DNA of 64,000 nt from Alphaproteobacteria bacterium (GTDB lineage: Bacteria > Pseudomonadota > Alphaproteobacteria > MPNO01 > UBA830). The position numbers were made by a program, and so were the translations under genes. Below the pieces are notes generated by a model, which did not search any database, was not told where the DNA came from, and worked only from the letters and a program-made list of their open reading frames with translations. The stretch is taken from contig OZ251539.1 of the NCBI GenBank assembly GCA_965243135.1, positions 2,016,001 to 2,080,000 on the forward strand, written 5' to 3'. The first letter of the stretch is position 1. Each line of letters opens with the position of its first letter. Shown in pieces: positions 19,649 to 30,733 of the stretch.

Positions 19649-21055
19649 TCACAGGCTCGTCACCTCCAGTTCGGCTTCCGCGGCCGAGAGGTCGCGCCAC
19701 AGCCGGACGAGAAGATTCGACGCAACCCGCATGCGGTAGGACGCGCTCGCCCGATGATCGTCGATCGGCGCGAAATCGAGCGCCGCTCCGGCTCGAACTG
19801 CGCTTTCTTCCGACCAGGGATCTCCGGTCAGCGCGGCCTCCGCCGCTTGCGCGCGGGCGGGCGTCGCCGCCATTCCGCCGTAAGCGATTCTGGCGTCGGT
19901 GACGATGTCGTCTTCGCAGGCGACGCGGAACGCCCCGATCACCGAGGAGATGTCCTGGTCGTAGCGCCGCGAGACCTTGTAGGTTCGGAACGCCTGACGG
20001 GCGGAAAGCTTGGGCATGCGGATCGAACGGACCACCTCGTTCCGCCGCAGGGCGGTCTCTCGGTAGCCGACGAAGAACTCGTCGATCGGGATCTCCCGCC
20101 GGCCTTCGGCGGACTCCAGGATCAAAACGGCGTCGAGCGCGATCAGGCACGGCAGCGTGTCGCCGATCGGGGAAGCCGTTCCGACGTTTCCGCCGAGCGT
20201 CCCCAGATTGCGGATTTGGCGGGAACCGATCCTTCGAATCAAACGGGCGAAGGACGGATACAGGCGATCCATGTACGGAAGCGCCTCGCTGTAGGTCGCC
20301 GCCGCGCCGACGCTGACCTCGTCCTCCGTCTCGACGATTTCCCGGAGTTCGGCGACGTGCGCGACGTGAAGGACCAATTCCGGACGCGCCCGCAACTTGC
20401 TGACCGACAATCCGAGATCGGTGCCGCCCGCAAGCAGCATGGCGTCGGGATGGCGCGCGCGCAACCGGACAAGCTCGTCCAGGGTGCCCGGCGCCAGAAA
20501 AGCGGCTTCCGCGCGGTCGAGAGAGCGCTGCGGCGGCCGGGAGGGCGCGCGAGGCGCCTCCGCCGCGCAGGCCGTTCGGGCGGCGTCGACGATCGGCCGG
20601 TAACCGGTGCACCTGCAAAGGTTTCCGGCGAGCGCGTCGTGAATTACGTCGTCGTCGAGGCGTTCGTTCGATTGCGCGAGCGCGTAAAGGGCGCAGACGA
20701 ACCCCGGCGTGCAAAATCCGCACTGCGTTCCGTCCCCGGACGCCATCGCCTCCTGCACGAGCGTCAGTCCGTCTTCGTTCCGCAGGCCCTCGACCGTGAG
20801 AATCTCGGTTCCGTCCGCCTGCCCGATCTGCATGAGGCAGGCATTGACGGCCTCGTAACGCGGCCCTGCCTCTTCCGCGACGACGCGGATCACCGTGCAG
20901 GCGCCGCAATCGCCTTCGGCGCACCCCTCCTTGGTTCCCGTCAACCGCAGATTCTCGCGAAGGTAGTCGAGCATGGTGGTCGACGGCGGCGCCGCGGCCT
21001 CGTGAACGGCGCCGTTGAGAACGAAACGGGGTCCGGCGGCGAGCGCGTCGGTCAT
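19649..21055 (-). CDS. xdhA: xanthine dehydrogenase small subunit (2Fe-2S plus FAD)
   Basis: GTKEGCAEGDCGACTV, QCGFCTPG, GNLCRCTGY, AGGTDL, YKVSRRYDQDIS. Confidence 0.95.
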   Translation of the reverse strand: MTDALAAGPRFVLNGAVHEAAAPPSTTMLDYLRENLRLTGTKEGCAEGDCGACTVIRVVAEEAGPRYEAVNACLMQIGQADGTEILTVEGLRNEDGLTLVQEAMASGDGTQCGFCTPGFVCALYALAQSNERLDDDVIHDALAGNLCRCTGYRPIVDAARTACAAEAPRAPSRPPQRSLDRAEAAFLAPGTLDELVRLRARHPDAMLLAGGTDLGLSVSKLRARPELVLHVAHVAELREIVETEDEVSVGAAATYSEALPYMDRLYPSFARLIRRIGSRQIRNLGTLGGNVGTASPIGDTLPCLIALDAVLILESAEGRREIPIDEFFVGYRETALRRNEVVRSIRMPKLSARQAFRTYKVSRRYDQDISSVIGAFRVACEDDIVTDARIAYGGMAATPARAQAAEAALTGDPWSEESAVRAGAALDFAPIDDHRASASYRMRVASNLLVRLWRDLSAAEAELEVTSL

Positions 21056-22266
21056 TTTCCGTCCTCCGGCTCGCCGTCCGGCATGCCGGCGCGAATCCAG
21101 CGGCCAAGGGACGCGCGCTCCGCCTCGGTCATCCCGGTCTTGTTGGCGACCGGCATCGCCTTCGACAGGACGGATTGCTTGAGCACGCGGGCGCCGTGCC
21201 TGCGAAGATCGGCGACCGTCTCCAGCATGACGCCGCCGGGCGCCTCCTCCACGTCCGGATCCGCGGGCCGCGCCGCATGGCAGGAAACGCAGCGCGCCTG
21301 CGAGACGGCGAGCATGTCCGCGGCCGTCGGGATCTCCCCGCCCTCTTCGGTCGCCGGCCGCCAGCTCAGATAGGCGATCAGCGCAACCATCAGGGCCGCG
21401 GCCGTCGGCCATTGCCAGCGCAAGGTCGAGATCGGTCGTCCGGTATGCATGAGATTGAAAAAATGACGGATCGAGGCGCCGACGAGCAGAATGAGCGTCA
21501 CCACCAACCAGCTGCGCTCGTCCTGGTAGAGCATCGGGTAATGCTGGCTGATCATCATCAGGATGACGGGCAGCGTCAGATAGTTGTTGTGGGTGGAGCG
21601 GTGTTTCCCTTGCTGCCCCAACCGGGGATCCGGCTCCTCTCCGGCGATCAACGCCTTCACGATCTTCTTCTGGTTCGGAATGATGACGAAGAAGACGTTG
21701 CCCACCATGATCGAACCGACCATGGCGCCGACATGCACGAAGGCGGCGCGGCCGCTGAAGATATCCGCGAGGAAATACGCCGAAAACGCGATCAGCACGA
21801 AAACGGCCGCCGATAGCAGAAGCGGGTGAGCGTTGAAAGGCGACCGGCACAGCAGGTCGTAGAGTATCCATCCTCCGGCGAGGAAGCCGACGCTGATCAG
21901 GACCGCCTCCCGAGGCGAGAGATCGAGCACCTCTTTGTCGATGAGGTAACTCTCGGCTCCCCAGTAATAGACCACGACGAGCAGCGCGAAACCCGAAAGC
22001 CACGTGAAATAGGCCTCGTACTTGAACCAGTGCAGTTCTTCCGGCAATTGCTCCGGCGCCACGACGTACTTCCGCATCAGATAGAAGCCGCCGCCGTGCA
22101 CGTTCCAGGCTTCGCCGCCTACGCCGGCAGGAAGTCCGGAGTGTTTTCTCAGGCTCAGGTCGAGGAAGATGAAATAGAACGACGTGCCGATCCAGGCGAT
22201 GCCGGCGACGACGTGCAGCCACCTGAAGGCCAGTTCGATCCAGTCGGCGTAAGCGATGTCGAACAC
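21052..22266 (-). CDS. puuD: urate hydroxylase PuuD (membrane protein with C-terminal cytochrome c)
   Basis: RWLHVVAGIAWIG, VHGGGFY, WFKYEAYFTWLSG, HNNYLTLPV, CVSCH haem motif. Confidence 0.93.
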   Translation of the reverse strand: MFDIAYADWIELAFRWLHVVAGIAWIGTSFYFIFLDLSLRKHSGLPAGVGGEAWNVHGGGFYLMRKYVVAPEQLPEELHWFKYEAYFTWLSGFALLVVVYYWGAESYLIDKEVLDLSPREAVLISVGFLAGGWILYDLLCRSPFNAHPLLLSAAVFVLIAFSAYFLADIFSGRAAFVHVGAMVGSIMVGNVFFVIIPNQKKIVKALIAGEEPDPRLGQQGKHRSTHNNYLTLPVILMMISQHYPMLYQDERSWLVVTLILLVGASIRHFFNLMHTGRPISTLRWQWPTAAALMVALIAYLSWRPATEEGGEIPTAADMLAVSQARCVSCHAARPADPDVEEAPGGVMLETVADLRRHGARVLKQSVLSKAMPVANKTGMTEAERASLGRWIRAGMPDGEPEDGK

Positions 22267-22268
22267 GA

Positions 22269-22622
22269 TCAGCTGCCGCGATAGGTGGAGTAGCCGAAGG
22301 GCGAGATCAACAGGGGCACGTGGTAGTGCGAATCGGGATCGGCCACGCCGAAGCGGACGGGAACCACGTCGAGAAACGCGGGGGACGGAAGTCCGCGGCT
22401 TCGTTCTCCGAAATAGGCCCCGACGGAGAAGCGGAGTTCGTAGATCCCGGCGGCGAATTCAGGGCCTTCGAGCAACGGGGAATCGCAGCGTCCGCCGGCG
22501 TTCGTCGTCGCGGTCGCAAGCAGGCGTTCGCCCCCTTCCCCGATCTTCGCCAGTTCGATCCGCACGCCGGCCGCGGGAACTCCCCCGGCCGTGTCGAGAA
22601 TATGGGTGGTCAGTTTTCCCAT
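22269..22622 (-). CDS. uraH: hydroxyisourate hydrolase
   Basis: LTTHILDTA...HYHVPLLISPFGYSTYRGS transthyretin-like signature. Confidence 0.95.
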   Translation of the reverse strand: MGKLTTHILDTAGGVPAAGVRIELAKIGEGGERLLATATTNAGGRCDSPLLEGPEFAAGIYELRFSVGAYFGERSRGLPSPAFLDVVPVRFGVADPDSHYHVPLLISPFGYSTYRGS

Positions 22623-23025
22623 GCTTGCTTCGCCCAAGAGAATGTCCGGCCGACGGCGCGTAGCTACGCCGCTCCAATCCATAGCACATTCTTTCTTCGC
22701 CGATCTCGGGGAGGCGCGGTTTCTTCGCCGACGGTCCGAAAGGAAGGCGCGGTCGCTCTCGCCGCGTCCGGGCCGGCCTCTCGAAATCGCCCGCTGCCCC
22801 GCGGCTTCCGAAGGCTTGAAAATCGACTCGCGACGGGATAAGGTTCGCTATCGTCGGATTTCCTCAGTATGCAGTTAGTTATTTGTTTTCGTTTAATTTT
22901 TCGAGAAACGGAGACCTCATGCAATCCCTTGCGGCGCACCCAGCAAAGACTCCGGACTTCCTGCCGCGAATCCGTCGACAGGATGGACTTCGCGCGGAAT
23001 GCCCGTCCCCGGCAACGGCGCGGCT

Positions 23026-23928
23026 ATGACTTACCCTCGCGACCTTGCCGGATACGGCGAGCGCCCGCCGCAGGCCGACTGGCCGGACGGCGCGCGCCTC
23101 GCCCTCCAGTTCGTCGTCAATTACGAGGAAGGCGGCGAGAACGCCGTCCTGCACGGCGACCCCGCATCGGAAGCCTTCCTGTCCGAAATCATCGGCGCCG
23201 ACGCCCGTCCGGGCGTCCGCCACATGAGCATGGAATCGTTCTACGAATACGGCAGCCGGGTCGGCGTATGGCGCCTGCTCCGCCTGTTCCGCGATTACGA
23301 GATCCCGGTAACGTTCTTTGCGGTCGCCATGGCGCTCGAACGGAATCCGAAGATCGCGGAGGCGGCGCTTCGGGCCGGGCACGAACTTTGCAGTCACGGC
23401 TGGCGGTGGATCGACTATCAGTACGTTGCCGAAGAAGTCGAACGCGAGCATCTGGCGAAAGCGATCGAAGTCCACGCCCGGATTTGCGGGGAGCGCCCGC
23501 TGGGCTGGTACACGGGCCGCACCAGCCCCAACACGCGCCGGCTGGTCGCCGAAGAAGGCGGATTCCTGTACGATGCCGACGATTACAACGACGACCTGCC
23601 CTTCTGGACCGAAGCCGCGGGCCGGCCCCATCTCGTCGTTCCCTACTCCCTCGACGCCAACGACATGCGCTTCGCGACCGCCCAGGGCTTCAACTCGGGG
23701 GATCAGTTCTTCGCCTATCTCAGGGACGCTTTCGACACGATGTACGAGGAAGGCGCGGAAACGCCGAAAATGATGTCCGTCGGACTCCACTGCCGCCTCG
23801 TCGGGCGTCCCGGCCGCTTCGCCGCGCTGAAGCGTTTCGTCGAGTACGCGCGGCGGCGCGACAGGGTGTGGTTCTGCCGCCGGATCGACGTCGCGCGGCA
23901 CTGGCGCGCACGGCACCCGGCGAAGTGA
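23026..23928 (+). CDS. puuE: allantoinase PuuE
   Basis: YPRDLAGYG, VNYEEGGE, YEYGSRVG, SHGWRW, MMSVGLHCR. Confidence 0.95.
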   Translation: MTYPRDLAGYGERPPQADWPDGARLALQFVVNYEEGGENAVLHGDPASEAFLSEIIGADARPGVRHMSMESFYEYGSRVGVWRLLRLFRDYEIPVTFFAVAMALERNPKIAEAALRAGHELCSHGWRWIDYQYVAEEVEREHLAKAIEVHARICGERPLGWYTGRTSPNTRRLVAEEGGFLYDADDYNDDLPFWTEAAGRPHLVVPYSLDANDMRFATAQGFNSGDQFFAYLRDAFDTMYEEGAETPKMMSVGLHCRLVGRPGRFAALKRFVEYARRRDRVWFCRRIDVARHWRARHPAK

Positions 23929-23930
23929 CG

Positions 23931-24437
23931 ATGCCCCTGCCGAGCGAAATGAAGCGGAAGACCTTCCTCGACGCGTTCGGCGGCGTCTACGAATCCTCGC
24001 CGTGGATCGCCGACAGCGTGTGGGCGGACGGCGTGACCGGCGACCACGACACCACGGCCGGGCTGTATCGGGCGATGCGCAAAGTCGTCGAGAACGCCGA
24101 CGAAACGACGCAGCTCGCGCTCCTCCAGGCCCATCCCAGCCTCGCCGGGCGGCTCGCGCTTCAAGGCAAGTTGACGGCGGAATCGAAATCCGAACAGGAA
24201 AGCGCCGGACTCGACCGCTGCACGCCGGCCGAGTTCGAGGAGTTCCACGCGCTCAACGCCCGCTATCGGGAAAGGTTCGGTTTTCCCTTCATACTGGCCG
24301 TGCGCGGCCGGAACAGGCAGCACATTCTCGAGTCCTTCCGCCGGCGCGTCGAAAACGACCGGGAGGCGGAGTTCGCGGAAGCGCTGGAACAGGTTCACCG
24401 AATCGCGCTGCTCCGTCTGGAGGCGCTGTTCGGGTAG
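23931..24437 (+). CDS. uraD: OHCU decarboxylase
   Basis: GGVYESSPW, AHPSLAG, SKSEQESAGL, YRERFGFPFILAVRG. Confidence 0.93.
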   Translation: MPLPSEMKRKTFLDAFGGVYESSPWIADSVWADGVTGDHDTTAGLYRAMRKVVENADETTQLALLQAHPSLAGRLALQGKLTAESKSEQESAGLDRCTPAEFEEFHALNARYRERFGFPFILAVRGRNRQHILESFRRRVENDREAEFAEALEQVHRIALLRLEALFG

Positions 24438-24443
24438 CCCGCG

Positions 24444-24683
24444 TTACGTCCGAAAGCTCACCGTCTCGTGCAAATACCACGCGATCGCCCAAAGGACGGC
24501 GGCGATGCCCGTCGCGCACGCAGCCTTGAACGGAAGCCGCGGGCGCATCGGCGCGCTCTCCGCGGTTCCGGTTTCCGGCTTTTCGCGGGCCTCGTGATAG
24601 GAACGCGCGCCGACCGGCAGCATCGTGAAGAAGGCCAGCCACCAGAGCACGACGTAGACGAGGATTCCCGAAAGCCAGCTCAT
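24444..24683 (-). CDS. DUF1467 family membrane protein
   Basis: VYVVLWWLAFFTMLPVG...GTAESAP; usual position downstream of rnj. Confidence 0.85.
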   Translation of the reverse strand: MSWLSGILVYVVLWWLAFFTMLPVGARSYHEAREKPETGTAESAPMRPRLPFKAACATGIAAVLWAIAWYLHETVSFRT

Positions 24684-26311
24684 ACCCGAACCACGTGCAC
24701 GTCGGTGACCGGCCGCTTGCCGACGTACCGGTAGATCGCGCGGCGCACCGCGTTGCGGGCCGCCTTGGTGACCGCTTCGTCGTCGCGCCGACGATGCGTC
24801 GGCAGGTCGTTGACCGCGTCGACGATCGCGTCGATCGCGTCCTGGCGGGTTTCCTTCACGTCGGCGTCGTCGAGCACGCCTTGCACCGAGAGCCTGGGAT
24901 CCGCGAGCAGGTTTCCCAGGTCGTCGAGCACGACGGTCGCCGTCGCCGCCCCGCTCGTGCGCAGGCGGTGCCGCTCGCGAACCAGATTGCCGGCCAGCGG
25001 CACCAGCCGGTTTCCGTCGACCGCGAGGCGTCCGGTCTCCACCTCGCCGACCGTCTCCGCTCCGCTCTCCCCGAAACGCAGCATCGTTCCGTTTTCGGCG
25101 ACGGCGGCATGCGGGACGCCGCAATTCCCGGCCAGCCGGACATGCTCCTGCAGGTGGCGGACCTCCCCGTGAACGGGAACCAGGATGCGCGGTTTCAGCC
25201 AGCGATACATCTGCACGAGTTCTTCGCGCCCCGGATGCCCGGATACGTGCACGAAACCGTCCCGTTCCGTCACGACGTCCACGCCGAGCCGCGCGAGTCG
25301 GTTCTGAACCCGGCCGATGGCGCGCTCGTTGCCCGGGATCTCGCGCGAGGAGAATATCACCGTATCCCCCTTCTCGAACGCGATTTCGGGATGGCTGCCG
25401 ATCGAGATGCGCGACAGCGCGGCGCCCGGCTCCCCCTGGCTGCCGGTGACCGCCATCAGCGCCTCGCGGGCAGGAAGGGACGCCGCCTCTCCGGGGCCGA
25501 GAAACGCGTCGTCGAGATAGCCGCACTCGCGGCCGATCTCCACGATTCGGTGCAGCGACCGCCCGACCAGCGCCGGCCGGCGGCCGCATTCCTCCGCGGC
25601 CCGCGCGACCGTCACGATCCGGGCGAGATTGCTGGCGAAGGACACCACCGCGACCCGCCCGCCGCATCGGCCGACAATCTCGACCAGGCTGGCGCGCAGC
25701 GCAGCCTCGGACCCGGCGCTTCCCTCGACGAACGCGTTGGTCGAGTCGCACGCCAGGGCGAGCACGCCCTCCCGGCCGAGCGCTTGAAGCGCGGCCTCGT
25801 CGGTGCGCCGGCCGACGACCGGATCCGGATCGATCTTCCAGTCGGTCGCGTGAACGACGGTCCCGAGCGGAGTTCGCAGCGCGAGGATGTTGCCTTCGGG
25901 CACGGAATGAGCGGCGGGGATCCACGAGACGCGAAACGGCCCCAGTTCGATGCCGCCCCCGACCGGAACCTCGGTCAGCGGGACCTCGAGGCCGGCTTCC
26001 CGCAGCTTCCGGCGCAACAGGCCGCCGGCGAACGGCGTCGCGTAGACCGGACACCCGATCTGCGGCCACAGATGCTGCACCGCGCCGAGATGGTCCTCGT
26101 GCGCATGGGTGAGAAGAAGCCCATGCAGCCGCCCGCCCAGACCGCGCGCGAAGGCTGGATCCGGCGTCATCACGTCGATGCCGGGCGTGGTGTCGTCGCC
26201 GAACGCGATGCCCATGTCCACCATCAGCCAGTCGTCGCCGCAGCCGTAGAGGGCCATGTTCATGCCGATCTCGCCGGCGCCGCCCAACGGCACGAATTTC
26301 AGTCCTGTCAT
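24680..26311 (-). CDS. rnj: ribonuclease J
   Basis: [38 protein letters not shown]. Confidence 0.94.
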   Translation of the reverse strand: MTGLKFVPLGGAGEIGMNMALYGCGDDWLMVDMGIAFGDDTTPGIDVMTPDPAFARGLGGRLHGLLLTHAHEDHLGAVQHLWPQIGCPVYATPFAGGLLRRKLREAGLEVPLTEVPVGGGIELGPFRVSWIPAAHSVPEGNILALRTPLGTVVHATDWKIDPDPVVGRRTDEAALQALGREGVLALACDSTNAFVEGSAGSEAALRASLVEIVGRCGGRVAVVSFASNLARIVTVARAAEECGRRPALVGRSLHRIVEIGRECGYLDDAFLGPGEAASLPAREALMAVTGSQGEPGAALSRISIGSHPEIAFEKGDTVIFSSREIPGNERAIGRVQNRLARLGVDVVTERDGFVHVSGHPGREELVQMYRWLKPRILVPVHGEVRHLQEHVRLAGNCGVPHAAVAENGTMLRFGESGAETVGEVETGRLAVDGNRLVPLAGNLVRERHRLRTSGAATATVVLDDLGNLLADPRLSVQGVLDDADVKETRQDAIDAIVDAVNDLPTHRRRDDEAVTKAARNAVRRAIYRYVGKRPVTDVHVVRV

Positions 26312-27075
26312 TTGTTCCTCTCGTATATGCTCGCGAGGCCGCGCAGCGTGAGATCGTCGTCCACGCCGCCGATCGCGTCCGTCGCCGCCTCGAACAAGGG
26401 CGCGAGACCGCCAGTCGCGATCGTCGGCAGATCCGCGCCCGCCTCCTCGCGGATGCGAGCCACCAGCCCCTCGATCAGCCCTACGTAGCCCCAGTAGACG
26501 CCCGATTGCATCGCGGTCGTCGTCGCCTTGCCGATCACCGCCGGCGGACGCGTCACCGACACGCGGGGCAGCATCGCCGCCGCCTGATGCAGCGCCTCGA
26601 TGGAAAGGTTGATGCCGGGCGCGATGCAGCCGCCGACGTAGTTGCCGGCGCCGTCGATGACGTCGAAGGTCGTCGCCGTGCCGAAATCGACGACGATCAA
26701 GGGACCGCCATAGGTCTCGTACGCGGCGACCGCGTTCACCAGCCGGTCGGCGCCCACGGACTCGGGCGACGCGACGAGCGCGTCGATGCCGAGCGCCACC
26801 CCGGCCTCGCCGACGACCATCGGCTCGACGCGGAAATAGTCCCGGCACAGAATCTTCAGGTCGAACAGGAGATCGGGCACCACCGTCGCGACGATCGCCG
26901 CGTCGACGTTCTCCGGGCGCAGCGTCGCCATTCCCATGAGCTGGGTCAGCCATACGCCGTACTCGTCGGCAGTGCGCCGGTAGTCGCTCGCGAGCCGCCA
27001 GACGCCGCGCTTCCTATCGCCGTCGTAAATCGCGAATACGATATTGGTGTTGCCGGAATCGATCGCGAGCAGCAT
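26308..27075 (-). CDS. coaX: type III pantothenate kinase
   Basis: [29 protein letters not shown]. Confidence 0.94.
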   Translation of the reverse strand: MLLAIDSGNTNIVFAIYDGDRKRGVWRLASDYRRTADEYGVWLTQLMGMATLRPENVDAAIVATVVPDLLFDLKILCRDYFRVEPMVVGEAGVALGIDALVASPESVGADRLVNAVAAYETYGGPLIVVDFGTATTFDVIDGAGNYVGGCIAPGINLSIEALHQAAAMLPRVSVTRPPAVIGKATTTAMQSGVYWGYVGLIEGLVARIREEAGADLPTIATGGLAPLFEAATDAIGGVDDDLTLRGLASIYERNK

Positions 27076-27776
27076 CACGCTTCCACGTCGCCCGACAGGA
27101 TCCGCCGCCGAACGCCCGAAGCGTCGACCAGCGCCAGCGCGCCGTCGCCGTCCAGTCCGGCGAACCGGCCTTCGATCCGGCCGCCCGCCGTCTCCGCCGC
27201 GACGAGGTCGCCGCGCCGATGCGCCGACGCGAGCCAGGCGTCGCGGACGGGCGCGAATCCCTCTTCGGCCCACAGGCCGTGCCAGGCCGCGAAGAAGCGT
27301 TGCAGACGGGCGAGCATGTCGCTCGCGTCCGCCGCGGCCCCGGCTTCGCGCAAACTGGTGGCGCGGACTCCGTCCGGCGCGGAGGCGAGATTCATGCCGA
27401 CTCCCACGGCGTAGCCGGTTTCGCCTCCCTCGATCAGCACGCCCGCGATCTTCCGGCCGCCGCACAGGACGTCGTTCGGCCACTTGAGCGCGAACGCCGC
27501 GCCCGGCGCCGCCTCGGCCAGCGCGTTCAGGGCGGCGAGCCCCGCGACGAAAGCGAGATCCGCCGGATTGCGGCCCCCCGGCGGAACCGCGACGATGGTC
27601 GCGTGGAGGTTCCCCGGCAGCGACCGCCAGCGCCGTCCGGCGCGGCCGCGTCCCGCGGTCTGCGTCGTCGCGACGAATGCGTCTCCGTGGCGCGCGCGGC
27701 CTTCCCTCATTCGGCGGAGCGCTTCCGCATTGGTGCTGTCCAGCGTTTCGAACGCGTGAACGGCCGGACTCCGCAT
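27075..27776 (-). CDS. birA: biotin--[acetyl-CoA-carboxylase] ligase (no N-terminal HTH)
   Basis: [27 protein letters not shown]. Confidence 0.93.
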   Translation of the reverse strand: MRSPAVHAFETLDSTNAEALRRMREGRARHGDAFVATTQTAGRGRAGRRWRSLPGNLHATIVAVPPGGRNPADLAFVAGLAALNALAEAAPGAAFALKWPNDVLCGGRKIAGVLIEGGETGYAVGVGMNLASAPDGVRATSLREAGAAADASDMLARLQRFFAAWHGLWAEEGFAPVRDAWLASAHRRGDLVAAETAGGRIEGRFAGLDGDGALALVDASGVRRRILSGDVEA

Positions 27777-27779
27777 CGG

Positions 27780-29219
27780 CTATCCGCCGGAAAACAGAAC
27801 GGACGCGGCCGCTTCCGCGCCGGCGATCACGGGATTCGGATAAACGAAAAAGAACAGGGTGAACGCGCACGCCGCGGTCATGATGACCGCGACCTCGCGG
27901 CCGGCCGGCCGGTCGAACGCGTCGGCGGGCTCGTCGAAATACATGATCTTGACGATGCGGAGGTAGTAGAAGGCGCCGATCACGCTGGTGAGGATGCCGA
28001 TCACCGCGAGCGCGTAGAGGCCCTCGTTAACCGCCGCGAGAAACACGTAGAGCTTCCCGAAAAATCCGGCGAGCGGAGGAATGCCCGCCATCGAGAACAT
28101 GAAGACCGCCATGGCGAGAGCCGTCATCGGCTGGTTGCGCGACAGTCCCGCGAGATCGCCGATGCCCTCGAGCTGCCTGCCCTGCCGGCGCATGGCGAGG
28201 ACGCAGCAGAACGCGCCGACGTTCATGGCGAGATAGATCGCCATGTAAAGGAGGATCCCCCTCACGCCCTCCTCGGATCCGGCCGCGAGGCCGACGAGCG
28301 CGTAGCCGATATGCCCGATCGAACTGTAGGCGAGAAGCCGCTTGACGCTCTTCTGCCATATGGCGGCGAGCGCGCCCAGCAGCATCGACGCGATCGAAAG
28401 GAAAATGACGATCTGTTGCCATTGCGCGAAGAGCTCTCCGAACGGTCCGGTCACGACGCGAATCAGAAGCGCGACGGCCGCGATCTTCGGCGCGACCGCG
28501 AAGAAGGCCGTCACCGGGGTCGGAGCGCCTTCGTAGACGTCGGGCGTCCACATGTGGAACGGCACGGCGGAAATCTTGAAGGCGAGCCCCGCCAGCAGGA
28601 AAACCAGTCCGACGATGACGCCCACGCCGGGTTCGGGATCGGGGCCCGTGAACATCACCGCCAGATCCTCGAAGCGGGTCTCGCCGGTGAATCCGTAGAT
28701 CATCGACGCGCCGTAGAGCAGCATCCCGGAAGACAGCGCGCCGAGCACGAAATACTTGAGGCCCGCTTCGGACGACCGGGTCGAGTCGCGGCGGAAGGCG
28801 GCGATTACGTACAGCGGCAGGCTTTGGAGCTCGAGGCCCACGTAGAGCGACAGAAGGTCGTTCGCCGAGATCATCATCGACATGCCGAGGCACGCCAACA
28901 GGATCAGCACCGGATACTCGAAGCGGTCGATGCCCTCGCGCTCGTTGTAGCGCAGCGACATGACGACGGCCAGCGCCGAGCCGAGCAGAACCAGCCACTT
29001 CATGAAGCGCGCGAAGCCGTCCACGACGAACTGGCCGCCGAACGACGATCCCTCGGCGGTCGCCGACATCGCGAACCCGGCCGCCGCGAGCGCGGCCACC
29101 GCGAGCCACGACGCGGCGCGCCCGGGGCGGTCGCCGCGAAACGCGCCGAACATCAGCAAGGCCATCGCGGAACAGGCGAGAACGAGTTCCGGAAGCACCG
29201 AAAGGATGTCCGCCCTCAT
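27780..29219 (-). CDS. nuoN: NADH-quinone oxidoreductase subunit N
   Basis: [30 protein letters not shown]. Confidence 0.95.
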   Translation of the reverse strand: MRADILSVLPELVLACSAMALLMFGAFRGDRPGRAASWLAVAALAAAGFAMSATAEGSSFGGQFVVDGFARFMKWLVLLGSALAVVMSLRYNEREGIDRFEYPVLILLACLGMSMMISANDLLSLYVGLELQSLPLYVIAAFRRDSTRSSEAGLKYFVLGALSSGMLLYGASMIYGFTGETRFEDLAVMFTGPDPEPGVGVIVGLVFLLAGLAFKISAVPFHMWTPDVYEGAPTPVTAFFAVAPKIAAVALLIRVVTGPFGELFAQWQQIVIFLSIASMLLGALAAIWQKSVKRLLAYSSIGHIGYALVGLAAGSEEGVRGILLYMAIYLAMNVGAFCCVLAMRRQGRQLEGIGDLAGLSRNQPMTALAMAVFMFSMAGIPPLAGFFGKLYVFLAAVNEGLYALAVIGILTSVIGAFYYLRIVKIMYFDEPADAFDRPAGREVAVIMTAACAFTLFFFVYPNPVIAGAEAAASVLFSGG

Positions 29220-30730
29220 CTGCCGACCACCGCGACGCCCTCGAACGCCCTCATCGCCGTCCTGTGCTGCTCGACGAGATTGGCCACCGACGCTTCCGTC
29301 GCGTCGAGAAACGGACCGGGCCAGACGCCCATCCAGATCGTGACGGCGACGAGCGGGGCGAACACCAGCAATTCGCGCGGACTGAGGTCGAGAATCGCCC
29401 GCAGATGCTCCCCGGCGAGCCGGCCCATGATCACGCGCCGGTACAGGAAGAGCATGTAGGCGGCGCCCAGCACGATGCCCGTGCACGCCAGCGCCGCGAC
29501 CCAGGTGTTGACCTGGAACGCGCCCACGAGAACCAGGAATTCGCCGACGAAGCCGCTGGTGCCGGGCAATCCGACCGACGCCAGCATGAACACCATGAAC
29601 ACGAAAGCGTATTTCGGCATCCGCTGGACCAGCCCGCCGTACATGCTTATCTCGCGGCTGTGGATCCGGTCGTAAACGACGCCGACGCAGAGAAAGAGCG
29701 CGGCGGAAACGAAGCCGTGGCTGAGCATCTGCACGACGGCGCCCTGAACGCCCTGCTGCGTCAACGTGAATATGCCGATCGTCACGAAGCCCATATGGGC
29801 GACCGACGAATAGGCGATGAGCTTCTTCATGTCTTCCTGCGCCAGCGCGACCAGCGACGTGTAGACGATCGCGACGATCGACAGCGCGTAGACCATCGGC
29901 GTGAAGAAATCGGTCGCGTAGGGCAGCATGGGAACCGAGAACCTGAGGAAGCCGTAGGCGCCCATCTTCAGCAGGACGCCGGCGAGTATCACGGAACCGG
30001 CCGTCGGCGCCTCGACGTGGGCGTCGGGCAACCACGTGTGCACCGGCCACATGGGCACCTTGACCGCGAAGCTGGCGAAAAACGCCAGCCACAGCCAGAT
30101 TTGCATGCCGGGATCGAGCGCCGTCGTCAGCAGCTCGGGGATGTCGCTGGTTTCGGACTCGAAGAGGATCGCGAGGATCGCGATCAGCATGAGCACCGAG
30201 CCGGTCAACGTGTAGAGGAAGAACTTGAAGGCCGCGTAGACCCGGCGCGAACCGCCCCACACCCCGATGATGAGGAACATCGGAATCAGCACGCCCTCGA
30301 AGAACACGTAGAAGAGGATGAAATCCAGCGCGCAGAACATGCCCACCATCAGCGTTTCGAGAACCAGAAACGCGATCATGTACTCCTTCACGCGGTGGCG
30401 GACCGCCTCCCAGCTGGCAAGGACGCAGAGCGGGGTCAGGAACGTGGAGAGCAGCACGAAGAAGACGGAGATCCCGTCGACCCCCATGTGGTAGGAGACG
30501 CCGAAAGACGGAATCCATTCCGCTTTTTCGACGAACTGGAATTCGTGCGACCCGTTGTCGAACCCGGTCCACACGAAGATCGAGACCGCGAGCGTGACCA
30601 GGGAGGTCCACAACGCCGTGGCCCGGGCGTTGCGCGCCGCGGTGTCGGGATCGCCCCGGATGATCAGGATCGCGAACGCGCCCACCAGCGGAAGGAACGT
30701 GATCAGGGACAGGATCGGAAAGTCGTACAC
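29216..30730 (-). CDS. nuoM: NADH-quinone oxidoreductase subunit M
   Basis: [24 protein letters not shown]. Confidence 0.96.
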   Translation of the reverse strand: MYDFPILSLITFLPLVGAFAILIIRGDPDTAARNARATALWTSLVTLAVSIFVWTGFDNGSHEFQFVEKAEWIPSFGVSYHMGVDGISVFFVLLSTFLTPLCVLASWEAVRHRVKEYMIAFLVLETLMVGMFCALDFILFYVFFEGVLIPMFLIIGVWGGSRRVYAAFKFFLYTLTGSVLMLIAILAILFESETSDIPELLTTALDPGMQIWLWLAFFASFAVKVPMWPVHTWLPDAHVEAPTAGSVILAGVLLKMGAYGFLRFSVPMLPYATDFFTPMVYALSIVAIVYTSLVALAQEDMKKLIAYSSVAHMGFVTIGIFTLTQQGVQGAVVQMLSHGFVSAALFLCVGVVYDRIHSREISMYGGLVQRMPKYAFVFMVFMLASVGLPGTSGFVGEFLVLVGAFQVNTWVAALACTGIVLGAAYMLFLYRRVIMGRLAGEHLRAILDLSPRELLVFAPLVAVTIWMGVWPGPFLDATEASVANLVEQHRTAMRAFEGVAVVGR

Positions 30731-30733
30731 GCC

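Noticed and set aside
17343-22222. Apparent 1254-aa XdhB and 857-aa XdhA long or fused ORFs
   Set aside because: The N-terminal extensions are stop-free shadow frames over the upstream genes; homology starts at 19646 and 21055.
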